A stretch of 63,913 bases of DNA, filler included, from Collodictyon triciliatum (lineage: Eukaryota): assembly GCA_043381765.1 (NCBI GenBank). It is 4 parts of 4 records of this genome, joined end to end, with 100 filler letters (N's around TTAATTAATTAA, not from the genome) between each part and the next. Parts side by side here need not be neighbours in the genome. Positions count along the whole stretch, not along the records: positions 22,021 to 43,923 come from JBHJMP010001163.1; 3 more parts are not named here. One strand, 5' to 3'. This document shows, piece after piece, positions 23,215 through 35,821 of the stretch. Each line of letters opens with the position of its first letter. The stretch's first letter is position 1. The notes beneath the pieces were generated by a model that was given only the letters and a program-made list of their open reading frames with translations, searched no databases and was not told where the DNA came from. Position numbers and translations under genes: made by a program.

Positions 23215-26200
23215 ATGGATCGTGGTTTTCTCGCAGCTTTGATCCTTGTGCTCGCCCTTATTGCAGCGGCCAACGCATATGCGCTCAGCAAACCAGCCAC
23301 TGTGGCAAACACCGCACATGACTCGCTGCCCCGTGTCGAGTCTCTCAGCAGACTGCAACGCAGCGCTCAAGCTCGTCGCACAGTGCGACCACAGCCGATC
23401 CGCATCAAGGTCGCGGAGGTCCAGCAGATAGCCGATCAGGAAGTCCGGGCCCTGCTTGTGAACGATCTCTTCCCGGCCGCCGTCTCTTCTCTCGCTTCGA
23501 TCCTGCGTGTTTGGACACCGCTTGAATCCAACCTAACTCTGCCTCGCACGTGCTCCTCCGTCAACCCCACGACTGGTTTGCCTCAGCTATTGTGACACTT
23601 TTTCTTTTTCTTTTTCTTTTTCTTTTTCTTTTTCTTTTCCTTTTCCTTTTCTTTTCCTTTTCTTTTGGATATGTTTTAGTTTCTGGTAGGGAATGGGTTC
23701 AGTGAGCACGCTATTCGAGAATCGGTTTGTTGGGCATATCTTTACTCTAACCATCTATCTGACCCAGGCGTGTGCCAAACCTATGCTGAGAAAACTATTT
23801 GTGGAACCACAGAGATCCCTCCCCAGTATCTGACGGGCCAGGGTTCTGGTGCTGCCGCCGATTTTATTCTGTTCCTGCAATACAACAGCGTCCCTGCCTG
23901 CACAGCTGAAAAATCCGTCACCATTGAATACTGCCACCGCCTGGCCGAGGATGACCGGTATGGGATAATTATATGCTTGCATAAATCCTTATAAATATCA
24001 TCAAGTCTTCTAACACCATCGCAAATTAATAAATGGAAAAAAAAAAGCCCAACGTCAGGAATTGTTAACATCTGCCCTGCGTTCCTCAAGCTGGGCTATG
24101 TGTCACAGAAGAAGTTTGTTCTGCACGTTTTGATGCATCAAGCTGGATTCCATCAAGTACACATGCCCTTCTGGAGAGACGAGTTTGGAGAGCCCAGGTC
24201 GCTATCTCTTTTTCTTTCGTCAAATCAAGGCTACTATTCATATCCGTGGAATCAGCCTTTTTTTTGAAAAAGATACGTGAAAGTGCAGGCAACCCTCTGG
24301 AAATTTTGGTGTTAATCCTCATAGTTTATCGCAAATAGAGTGCCCCGCGAGAGCTCTGGCCTCCCCGTCATCGACGAATTAACCAAAGGATATTCAACTG
24401 CGAATGTGGTCCAGTCTTTCACTGAACGTGGACATACAGTGAAAAAGCTGATCACTCCGAACGCGCTTGCCTTTGCTCGCAAACACACCGGATGCTCGAC
24501 GCTGAATGGTATCTTCAATAAAGATTCGAATCCATCGTCTATCATGTATGCATCCCCATCTCTCCATAATGTGTTAACTTTAAAGAAAGGGCTTGAAAGC
24601 TAAGTCGGAGCTAACTCAAATCCATATTTTAGGTGTTGAGTTGGAAGATCAAGGAAGTGAAGCTGGAAGCAACTGGGAGGCTCGTGTTGCTCTCGGGTAA
24701 GTCGTCCCTCGGTCCCATGTTAATCCTCTATATACCCATCAGATTCTATTGAGTTATCAGCCTGATGTGTAAATGTTGTTCCTCAAAATTTAAAGAATGG
24801 TATTTCACGTAGGGAAATCATGGAGGGAACCATACGTGACTCGTCTGTTGTGTCATTGCTTACTCTAGGTGCGTTCCAAGACATGGGTTGGTACGACGTC
24901 AATCTGCTCCAGGTATTTGAATTTTCGCTTTCAGTCATGTATATATATATCGCTAACGTGTGAGGATTCAGACTGGAATACTTATGTAAACGTCTCAAAA
25001 GGCCTCCACTCTGCCTTGGGGTTACCAACGAGGATGTGCAGCGGTGACAGAAAAATGTATTCAGGATGAGGCCCCTGTCGATGAGACAATGTTTTGCCAC
25101 ATTCCTGGCCCGGACACTCGCTTTTACTGCACAAATAATCGCCGTGGATTTGGCGCCTGCAATACTACAACATATGCCAACAACCTCCCTGCCCAGTATC
25201 AGTACTTTGAGAACCCCAAAGTCGGAGGTTTGTCCTTCATAAGTCATACATCAGAGTTATAATAGATATTGTGTGTCCATCGGTTTCAATTTTCTGGAAT
25301 ACAGCCCCGGCTTCATCTCACATAAGCACTTAAGTATGGAGCCTGCAGACTAAGCAGCCACACCTTAGGAAGTGAAAGTTTACTAGATTACTGTCCCATC
25401 ATCCGGCCCCTTCCCACGGGTTCCTGCAATCCTTTCGGCTATTCTACTGGTGTGATTGATGAATACGGATCTAGCCTCGGTGTTGATTCGTTTTGCTTTG
25501 ACTCCACCCTTGCTTACGGCGGTGTCGCTGATGACATTCAAGCTCGCTGCTACCGAGTAATTTTTTTATATTATGTTATCTCAATATGCAATTATGTAAA
25601 ATATGGTCTAACTGAGACAAAAATACTTGCTATCTATCGGGGGTTTGTCCTTACTTTCTATTATTTTTTTAATGCTTTTTACTTCGCTCATTGACCCTTT
25701 GATTTTGTGTGTCAGGCTGATTGCATCCAAAGGTACCCCCAGGCACCGCACCGAGTGCGTGTTACGATTGGATTTGAGTCTCATATTTGTGACACTGACG
25801 ACGAGCAGCTGCTCTTTTCCAGGTATGGGCACTCTCCAGAAAAATTTGAGCATGAATAAATCTGAATCAAATCTGCTCTTTAGCTACACAGGCTACATCC
25901 AGTGCCCTCCTGTCCATTCCATCTGCCCCGAGCACGAGTGTGCTTGCTCTGCTGGTGGGAAATGCATTGAAGGGGAATGCTACTGTCCATTTGGCAACTG
26001 CGGTGACTCTACTATTTACCATTAACATAATGAGAGTTTTTTTGCACTCTGTCAAATTTACTTTACTATAGTATGTATTATATTTCTCAAGATATACTGC
26101 ATCAATAGCAACTGATTGTATCTTGAGCGAGTGGTCAGCTTGGTCGAGTTGCAGTGCTGAATGTGGCCCTGGAACACAAACCCGCACTCGTGAGGTTATT

Positions 26201-28137
26201 TCAGCTCCCAAAAATGGAGGCGTTGCATGTGGTGTCCTGGAGGAATCCATGGACTGTAATCTCGGCACCTGCAGTATGTATTACCACCCTTTACATTTTT
26301 TTATGTCGCAGAATTTCTAGGAGAGCTTGAAATCGTCTCAAATATATTGTCATGGAAGAGGAGGTAAAGGAAAGTTGATGCCAAACCTATCTGTACTCAC
26401 AATAGACCAAGGAGATGAAACGCCTCAACCCACTGGAGCAATATACGACTGGCAAACTAGTGAATGGTCACCTTGTGAGCCTTTATGCCTTCGTGGACTG
26501 AAGCACCGAGATGTGTTTTGCGTTCACGTACCCTCTGGGGAAACCGTAAGTCCTTTTTGCGACCAATCCATTCGCCATGGAATGTGCAGTTCTCTGATAA
26601 TACTTTATCATTCTTGTACCGTAACTATGGTGACATTATGGCTATGCTGATAGGTTGGTGACTGCTTCTGTCAACAAGAAAAGCCAGAGGAGGAGACCGA
26701 TTGCCACGATGAGCCCGACCTTTCCCACACCTGTACAGCCACAGAAACCATCGGACCCGAGGGAGGAGAGGGTATGACTGTATTCGTCTTTTATTTCTAT
26801 TTTTTTTTTTTTTGTGGTTTCATTCTAACTTCATATTAAGTTGCTTTTTCTGATTCGTCATTATTCTTTCTGTCTCGTTGAATATCTTGTCTCAAGTTTA
26901 TCATGAGGAGCACATGTCCTTCACCCTGCCTCCTAATGCTGTGAATATGACTTATGTCATCAAAATCACAACGTACGAGACATACGGCGAGATCGACAAG
27001 GCCAAAGTAAGTCCCCAACAAACGGTATTGAAGACTATAGCACGACAAAAGCTATCACCATTTATGCTGAATCTGCGGGTTCACAGGCCCCTAATCCCTT
27101 CCTTTTCCTCTACTTGTCTTGCAGTACAGCGACCCCCTCCCTCACTCGCTCGTGTCGCCTCTCTTTGAATTCCAACCATCCGGGCTGACCTTCAAGCATC
27201 CTGCCGCTATTCGCATCCTGATTCCACACGAAAAGTACGACAGCCACGATGAGTATGCTGTTTTTATTCTCTCTGAAGGATCTGTCTGGGAGCGCTCCAA
27301 CCACACGTCCATCCACAAGGAGCACCACGTAATTACATCAAGATGCAGGAAAGAATCATGATTGAAAACGAAATGAAATCGGCTCATTATTTCTCAAGCC
27401 ATCTAACTTTCTCCTTTGGTGTCGCGTGTACCATAAATGCAGGAGGTGTTTTTGTACGGAGAAGTGGAGCACTTTTCCCTCGTTGCAGCCTTCCGAATCG
27501 AAGAGGAACCAATCGACCTTTGTAAGTCATCAGATTGCTGATATATACTTGCTCCACATCTCTCCCTGACTGTGTGGTTTATATTCTTATTCGTTGTCGC
27601 TTTCTCTCTTTCTCTCTTTCTCTCTTTCTCTCTTTCTCTCTTTCTCTCTTTCTCTCTTTCTCTCTTTCTCTCTTTCTCTCTTTCTCTCTTTCTCTCTTTC
27701 TTTCTTCCTCCCGCTGCAGCCGACGCCATCCGCAACGGAGTCCTGCTTGTGCTCCTGCTTTGCGCCATGACGGGGCTCTGCCTCTTCTACTTTTCCCGCC
27801 AGGACCACACAAAGACATCAGCACCGTTCGACTGGAGCAATATCGGCCGAAGCCTGCGTGGCCTCTGCATGCCAGCAGTTTGTTTCCTTCATTCCTGCCT
27901 CTCGTCATTCTCCTTTTTTCACACCTGCTTCTTTTGTTGGTATCTTTCTATCTTTCTATCTTTCTATCTTTCTATCTTTCTATCTTTCTATCTTTCTATC
28001 TTTCTATCTTTCTATCTTTGTATGTGCTTGTTGACATTGCGCTGGCTTCGTCTCGCTTGACTCAGTGTCTTCTTGTTATGACAATCCTGCAGCCTGCCGA
28101 ACTGCGCCAACGCAACGACGCTGACGAGCATCTCTAA
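23215..28137 (+). CDS. Leishmanolysin/GP63 (peptidase M8)-like type I membrane protein, predicted inactive: signal peptide-M8-EGF-TSP1-TSP1-ZU5-TM-short tail
   Basis: Signal peptide MDRGFLAALILVLALIAAANA. M8-like ADFILF, DDRPTSGIVNICP, LITPNALAFARKHTGCSTLNGVELEDQG, LTLGAFQDMGWY, LDYCP, SFCFDSTL, ARCYR. EGF CSAGGKCIEGECYC. TSP1 WSAWSSCSAECGPGTQTRTR and WQTSEWSPCEPLC. ZU5 IGPEGG...LPPNAV...VSPLFEFQPSGLTFKHPAAIRILIPH. TM GVLLVLLLCAMTGLCLFYF. Ends PAELRQRNDADEHL*. Confidence 0.88.
27601..27700. repeat. Compound (TTTCTCTC/TTTCTCTCTC)n intronic repeat; a (TTTCTATC)n tract follows at about 27942-28019 in the next intron
   Basis: Visible tandem pyrimidine units inside introns of the M8-like gene. 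Confidence 0.9.
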
Positions 28138-28441
28138 ATCGCAAAACCCGACCTGCACCCGATACAACCCTGCGAATCCGCTACTCTTGCAGAAAGCCGT
28201 CTTTTTGTTGACCACTCTCCTACAATTCAGCTCAGCTCTTTTTCTCTCTTTCCATCTCGATGTTGTGCATGGTCACCAACCACCCCATTTTTTGGTTCGT
28301 GCTGTGTTTGGAGCGACCTGTTTGTATGTCGCTGGAAGCACCTGCACTCTATCATAATCGCACCGACGCCAGTCATCCCCTTTCAGCCCAGTCTCTCATC
28401 TCTTTTCCTTATTTCTGCATGACCTCCTCTACATTAAACCC

Positions 28442-28490
<49 letters not shown>

Positions 28491-28995
28491 ACACATACAC
28501 AACCTGCCCATTCCCTCTGTGGTAAGCGCCCACAGCCGGTTCATGAAGCGCAACACTGCTGGTTTGTCTGCTTCGGCAATTCTCTGCAGGCCGAAAAACT
28601 CATTCTCATATTCTCCACATATGGGATGCGGGCTGAAGGGACAATAATGGCATCGAATCCACACAGGCTGTGCAACTTCGAATCTATTGTAAAAGACCAA
28701 AAGTGGGATGATTCTCCGGCTTTAATTTTACATATTGTGATTTGTAGCAGTCGAAGTAGCAGAAGCAGCATGAGATTTTATATTTTCCAGAAATAGTATA
28801 TATGTGTTTTCGGCGTTCGAACCGGCGCTCCGGTTTTGGTTTCTTACGAAACGTTCCTCTTAATCCTCTTGGGTTGTGTGGAGGGAAAGGACTCACCAGC
28901 CAGTCCCACGCACAAAGTCTGTAAAGAAGGCACAAAGACAGAGCGGAAGGGAATAAACAGACAATTGAAGGGCGCTGAGAGGTTTGTGGACAAAA

Positions 28996-30742
28996 CTAGA
29001 GAGTGGGAATCATAGAGGATGAGGAAGTTGCACGCAGTGGGCCACGAGCGGACTTTGACTGGAGGGCTACGAGATTCAGAAATGCAACACCTTTGGTTAG
29101 AGCCTTGTCGAGTAAGGAAAGGGAGATGCCGGTATGGCTCGAGTGGCGGGATGAATGACTGAGAAACGAGAGTGCCAAAGAAAGAAACCTGGGGCGAGAC
29201 CCTGGTCAAAGTTCCTCGACGTCCAGTAGCCAAGAGCCATGAGCAGAACCCGACAGCATAATGCAATCGCAACTGGAGTTGTGTTTGGTTAGACATAGAC
29301 TATTGATCAAATAACCCCTTGAGGTGACGATGGATATGGGACAGAGGAATATAGATGGGAACGCTACCAACACCGCCGATAAGGTCCACAGGAACGTCAC
29401 TGGACAAGGAAAAAACAGCAACTTGGTATATGCTGAGGACCGGGGCGAGTAAAGAAGTCAGTTGGTAGAGAGCGACAAGTTTGGTGTTTTCGTGGATGAC
29501 CTGCACAATTATCGGGGTGAGAATTGGTGATGAAGGAGACCAGTTACAAAGGGCTAAGATTTCCGGTGTTTGTTTTTCTTTGACTTTCCCCAGGGTGCGC
29601 ACCAGGAAATACCAAAGTGAAGGAGAAAAGTACTGAGTATCGGCCAAGAGCGAAGACGGCGATGGCTACGGGCGTCAATGTGGTGCCAATGGCGATGCTG
29701 CTTGCGCGATGCTCCTGATAGATCACTGAGGCTGTAATCATTACCAGCCAGAGCATGAGCTCAAACTTGAGCAATGTCAGGTAGACTTGCGTGAGACGAA
29801 ACATTTCTGTGTGTCATCAGAGGCCGAATATTGAGTCAGTGGTGTATTGGCTTTTGTCCCTACTTTTAATAGAATGTATGTGTGTTGTGGGGCATAGGGC
29901 ATGAATGAGGAACAGACTGCGGAGGCTCTCGTTTGGGCCGATGCGTTTGTATACGGTGAAGCCGATTTCTTTGTTGACGCGCTTGGTGAGGGCAAAGTAG
30001 GCAATCTGGCATGCTACGCAAATGGCAAACATGGCGATGAAGTGTGCCTCGCCACGGGCAAGGACCTGCAGGATACTGTAGAGCATGGTGCAGAAGGTAG
30101 TGAGCAGGAAGCCAAAGAACTCAAAGATGTTCTTCTCCAGAATCTACAAGTGTGTGTGTGTGTGTGTGTGTAAAAGTGCAGTTAGTCGAGGTGCGTTGCG
30201 AATTATCCTTTGTGCGAAGTGCTTGGCTTATGGATGGGACTGTGTGAGACTTACGCCACTGAATGAAAAGTACATCTGAAGCAGGGTGATGAAAAAGAGG
30301 GTCAGGGAGTAGAAGAGGTTTGTTTCCTGCAGGCATGGGTCCTCTGTGCATCTGTATGGAGGGATTACATCATTTTCTTCGGTATAGTTTGTGCTTGTTT
30401 TGGACATTTGGCGATAGGCGGACTCTATATGAGCCGGGAAAATATACGAATGATTCGGCCCTTGGAAATATGTGAGCGAGTGTGAATAGGGAAAATGAGC
30501 AGCGTGGTTGGGGTTTGAGCAAAGACTGGGCAGGAGGGATTTGGAGTCTGTTCTGTCATCTTTTTCGAGTTTTTTTTCTTTCCATAGAATCTGTTTTACC
30601 GATCGACTTTGTCTGCAAGAAGAAGGATGTTGATGATCAGGAGAGTCAATTGCTGACAGCAAGACACAAAGAGGAGGCATTTGCCCACAAAGAAGAGGGT
30701 TGTGATCCTCTCCAGAACGCCACCATCGTCGGGTCGCTTCAT
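28996..30742 (-). CDS. Seven-TM protein resembling the UPF0658 Golgi membrane protein family
   Basis: Spliced translation has GILEKNIFEFFGF, KEIGFTVYKRIGPNESLRKMFRLTQVYLTLLKFELM, VIHENTKL and SRNFDQGLAP. These match the pattern I recall for UPF0658 (EN..E/Q, E.GW..YK.IG, LLKFD, NF..GL). The first-exon join is less certain. Confidence 0.72.
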
Positions 30743-31455
30743 TGTTTGCCGATTCCTGTCAGGAAACGCTGCGATCTAAGCAAGATAGTGAGTGGATCAT
30801 TATGCGCCTTTTCCTTTTTCTTTTCCTCTTTCTTTTCCTTTGCTCCTTCCTTCCTTCCTTCCTTCCTATTCCTGCCTTGGTGATCTTGTGATCTGGGTTT
30901 TCGTTTTCGTAACTTTGCCTGGGCGCTTTTGTGAAGGACATGATCTTTGCGAGCGTCAATGGGACTGAGCATTACAAGAAGCTCACAACAAACGACCACT
31001 TATAGCCGAAGCGTTATTGGAAAGGCATGTATTCCATGAATCATAGTGCATATTTTCTACTTATGTACCATTGATGTTCAGTCAATGATTTTGAGGTTAA
31101 CTTGGCATTTTTAGCTGATGTGAATATTTTTATAATGATATTATCATATATTCCAGATATGATGATCTATGTCCTAATTCGCTTCGTCGCCGATCGAACC
31201 AACGTGTTGCTTTTTGTGATTCACAGACAAAGACCCGCACGAATGAAAAGAAACATCAGCAACTGCGCACGATCGGCGGCGTCTTTGCATCTGGAAAACA
31301 GATACTTGGTAGTCAGATACCTCCTCTCTTGGCAGGTGGCTCTATTTTCCGCTGAGAAAAACCCGGCCGATTCGACAAACAACTTTTCACAGATCAGAGT
31401 AAACTCAGAGCGAGGCCGCGATCTGCTGCTGACAAAAGACTGCCTTCTTTCTAGA

Positions 31456-31586
31456 ATGTTTGAGCGTCTTGTAAGCAGTGCACTGACCCGAGCTCTGTCT
31501 CGTTACGTACACATCGACGGTCAGCAACTCTCCATCTCGCTGTGGCAAGGTTTGTGAATACCTTCCTCTCTTCTTCATCTCCAGTG

Positions 31587-31653
<67 letters not shown>

Positions 31654-34600
31654 TTACTTAATTTTACTAAAATTATAAAAGTACAAGACTGTTTTGGCGA
31701 GGAATCTTACATTCTTTTCTTGGTTAAACCATTTGACCTACACTTCGTTCATAGGGAATGTTGTTCTCAAGAATCTCAAGTTCAAAAAGTACTGCTTGGA
31801 CCGATTCTTTCCTGCAGTTGTGGTGAAATATGGTTTTTTTTTGTTCATTCTTCTTTTCTGTTAAATGAAGCTCCTCTGAAATAAAGTTTTTGTTATCAAT
31901 GATTCACCATATTACCATATAATTGCCTCATCTTTTCTATTCGCCTTGAAGCTATCCTCTTTCTTCCTCATGTAAATCCTATAATGAAACTCTACTTTCT
32001 ACAACTCCAGGAGAAATTGGTCAACTAACTCTCCAAGTACCATGGCATCGGCTTCGAAATGAGCCAGTTGTTGCTATTGCAGAAGATGTGTACATATGCG
32101 TCGTTTCAAAGAAAGAAGAGCTGGTTTTATTTAAACATCCACATGAAGCCATTCACTTCTCCAGAGCCAATTCTTCTCCTTTCTTTATTTCGAATATAAT
32201 GTCCTTACCTTCATAAAATGCTTGATTAACTTTGTTTGTTTGTTTGTTTGTTTGTTTGTTTGTTTGTTTGTTTGTTTGTTTGTTTGTTTGTTTGTTTGTT
32301 TGTTTGTTTGTTTGTTTGTTTGTTTGTTTGTTTGTTTGTTTGCTTGTTGCCAGTTTGACCCAGAAGAAGAGGACGAACAGAGAAAAGAGCGGGAAGCTTA
32401 CAGACTCCAGCTAGCAGAAAATACTTTTTTAGAATCCATTCAGAGTCTCCTGAATGTTAAGGAGGTTCTGATTATTATTTAAATACACAATCTGGACTAT
32501 ATTTTTCATTCGCGCATTCAAATCTAATCGTACAAAATATGTTGTTTTCCTTGACAAGTCATATTTAAAATTCAATTCACAAACCGACTTTATTTACAAT
32601 CAACTCGAATAATAGCAAGCTACCAACGAAGCCAACATGCTCTCACGAATTATCGATACGATTGTCAATAACGTTCAAGTACGGTCAATTTTATCTTAAC
32701 GCCAGCATTTTTCATATGTGATGATTTGATGACCAACATATCCTCCCTTTTTTTTATTTTATTTTGAAGGTTCGCATCAACAGAATACACTTTCGCTACG
32801 AAGACAAGATATCCAGTAAAGAGCAAATGGTTACGCTTGGGATACACCTCGAACAACTCAATTTCGAGACCACCGACTCTGAGGGAAAACCATCTTTTTT
32901 CGCCGGGAGCACAGACTCTATAATTAATAAAATATTTGAACTCCGGTACTTTCTCATTTCTTTTGTTTAATTTGTCCATTTGCCTCCTCTTTCAATCGCT
33001 TGTTTTAATTATTTTAATTCCATACAATATTAAACGAGAGCATAATTAAAAACGAAAAGAAATGTACTTTATGCTTTTTTTTTAACTACTGGACATTGTA
33101 GGAACTTTTCGGTTTATTACGAAAAAACTAATGCTCTTACTGGTGATGAATCAGCAGACTGGAAACTTCGTTTTACGAAACCCCCGAAAACCACCAAAGA
33201 AGAAACAGAAATTAACCTATACTTTGTAATACATCCCGTAAGCATGAACCTTAAGGTCAAGAAACTCGGTTCAATCATTTCAAGTGCAGTGGCTCAGCTT
33301 GCTCGGTATATTTTCTAACAAATATTTTTCTTTGTTGTTGCTCATATAAACTTGAATTAAATGCAAGCTTTCTGCAAAAAATAATATAAAATTGGTGGTG
33401 AAATGTGCATATTTTATCCAGAATGCACCCAGATACGCCATTTTTAGACATCTTTCTTGACGTCACCGAATTGCACTTGTCCCTACACCGGGATTTCTAC
33501 CGATGGATATTTTCTGTATTTGACCTGAACAGCATGTTTGAGCGGTCCATGCAATATAGACGACTGCGACCAAAGTAAAATGCCTATCACATGTTTTCCC
33601 CCTTTTTTCAATCTGATGACTTTTTCAATCAATTTGTTCAGTTTATAGGCCAAGGATACTTCCCTTTTCCTCTTTATTTCCCTTTATCTGTCGACTCTGT
33701 TGTACTAAAAATTACAGCAAATCTATTCGCCAAATTTTCGAATCGATCATTCTCTTTATTTGTTTCTTCTACAATTAAAAGAATTATTCCAATTATTCTT
33801 CGTAGGAGCTTCGGACGTTTATCCTCTCCGCAAGAAAAATGGAAGTATGCGATTAAATGTCATATCTGGGCGCTATCACAGAGAAAAAAGGTGATAATAA
33901 TTGGAAATGGAGTCTTAAGTGTCTTGGTTAACTAAATGTAACAGCTTATAAACTAGGTGCTTTCAATGATTCACCGTATCAATTGACTAACAATTTTTAT
34001 CTTCCTTTTCTTTAAACCCTATTCAATGCCAAGGAATGGGAGTGGGAGACAATCAGGCAATATGGACAGACTCGGAGGATTTATGCTGAATTGTACAAGC
34101 GCAAGGCAAAGCTTCCATGGGTCACCCCTCTTACCGAGGGAGAAACACAAGTACTTTTTTTTTTGTTTTGTTAATGTTTATGATGAAGGTGATATCAGAT
34201 CCAATAAGCCTTTTACTCCAAATCTCTAACCTATCTGCCCTAATAATTTTTTTTTTTTTATTAGTTCCTCTCTGAAATTGAAGAAAATCTAACATTCGGC
34301 CAAATCATGAACATGCGAATGGTAGCTGAAATCCAGCTTCGTAATGAGGTGGCCTTGTATAAAGTAAGGACTTGCTCCAATTTTTGCGATAACCGACTCG
34401 ACTAGTTTCCTATTATTACAAGTTCAATGCTTTTGATTCAAAAATTATATTTACAATATGACCATGTGCAACACAAGGACTCCGAAAAGAAGGGTCCAAA
34501 TACACCCCAAAAACAAGGCTGGGGCACTTGGGCTGCAAGTTTTGTATGGAAATCACAAAATCAGGCACCAACTCAGCAAAAAGATGACCCCAAAAACGAC

Positions 34601-35724
34601 GAATCAAACATGTCGGAATCAGAGAGAACGGAGTTGTACAAGTTGCTGGAGTATGACCCTGAGGTCACCAGTTTTGGTAACAAATAAACTTTTCTTCAAA
34701 CATAATTTTTGACATATATATTTTTCTCAAATAATATTTTTGCTTACAGGTTTATGTGATAGGTGCCTAACGAATGTATTTTAGTATTAGTATTTTTCAG
34801 TACACGTACAGCAACTTTACTGATTCTTGATCTATATATGCCAAGTCACGGATTTGCCAGATGACTATGCCAAGATTGTTGTCAACGCTCGTCTTGATAA
34901 ACTTGCATTATCTTTAACCGCTGGCGATCGAAACTCTTTGCTGGTTATTTTTTCTTTTTACACCTTCTAAGATATTTCTTTTCGAACTACACGATATACT
35001 GTTGTGAATAACATAAACATAATATGCATTTTAGGCGTCATCTATCCTGAAAAAATTTGGCACTTCAGTTTTGTTCTTCCCAAAATCGTACTCAATTTCA
35101 TGCAGTTTGTCGTCCATCGAATTATTGGATGGAATTCAAGTATTCAATTGAAAATATATTGATATTTTACATATCTCGATCGAGAGATATTTGGTTCATT
35201 CCACTTAATTATGTAAAATGTACAAACGTAAAAGCTGCATACAAATCCAGGATTTGGACAAGTCTTCTAAATTCCATTCTTTTTCATAACACAAAGGACA
35301 GCATAGTCATTTCGACAATCAGTAATGATTCTGACTCTTCGAATGAAGTTGATGAAAACATGCAACGTCAATTACTTGGAATAAAAAAGTGATGACTTAT
35401 TCCCTTTAATCTGACGTATTCACCAAAATTTATCCATTCATTCAATATGTTTCATAATTTATGCTATACAAAACCTTTTGACACACTTTTCTTTTGAGTA
35501 GAAATAAAAAAGTTCACATTTGATAAGTTTCTCAATATACTCACCATCCATGTTTCTTCAGTCGTCTTCCGTTTGTTGTAGAAGAGCAAGATTCCACCAG
35601 TTGGGCAAATGATGTTTGCACAATTTCCCACATGAATACTTACATCTTGGACTTTACTATTATGATAATTATGCCTGATTTCCACAACCATCTTATTTCT
35701 TTCATAATCCGAATTGCAATTGAA

Positions 35725-35821
<97 letters not shown>

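Noticed and set aside
24509-24632. GTATCTTC donor in the M8-like gene (also GTATCTTC at 57025, minus strand) as U12 introns
   Set aside because: The donors are imperfect and lack TTCCTTRAY. The first has a U2-type GCTAAC branch site.
28810-28840. GTTCGAA resembling a tRNA T-loop
   Set aside because: No cloverleaf or acceptor stem can be built around it.
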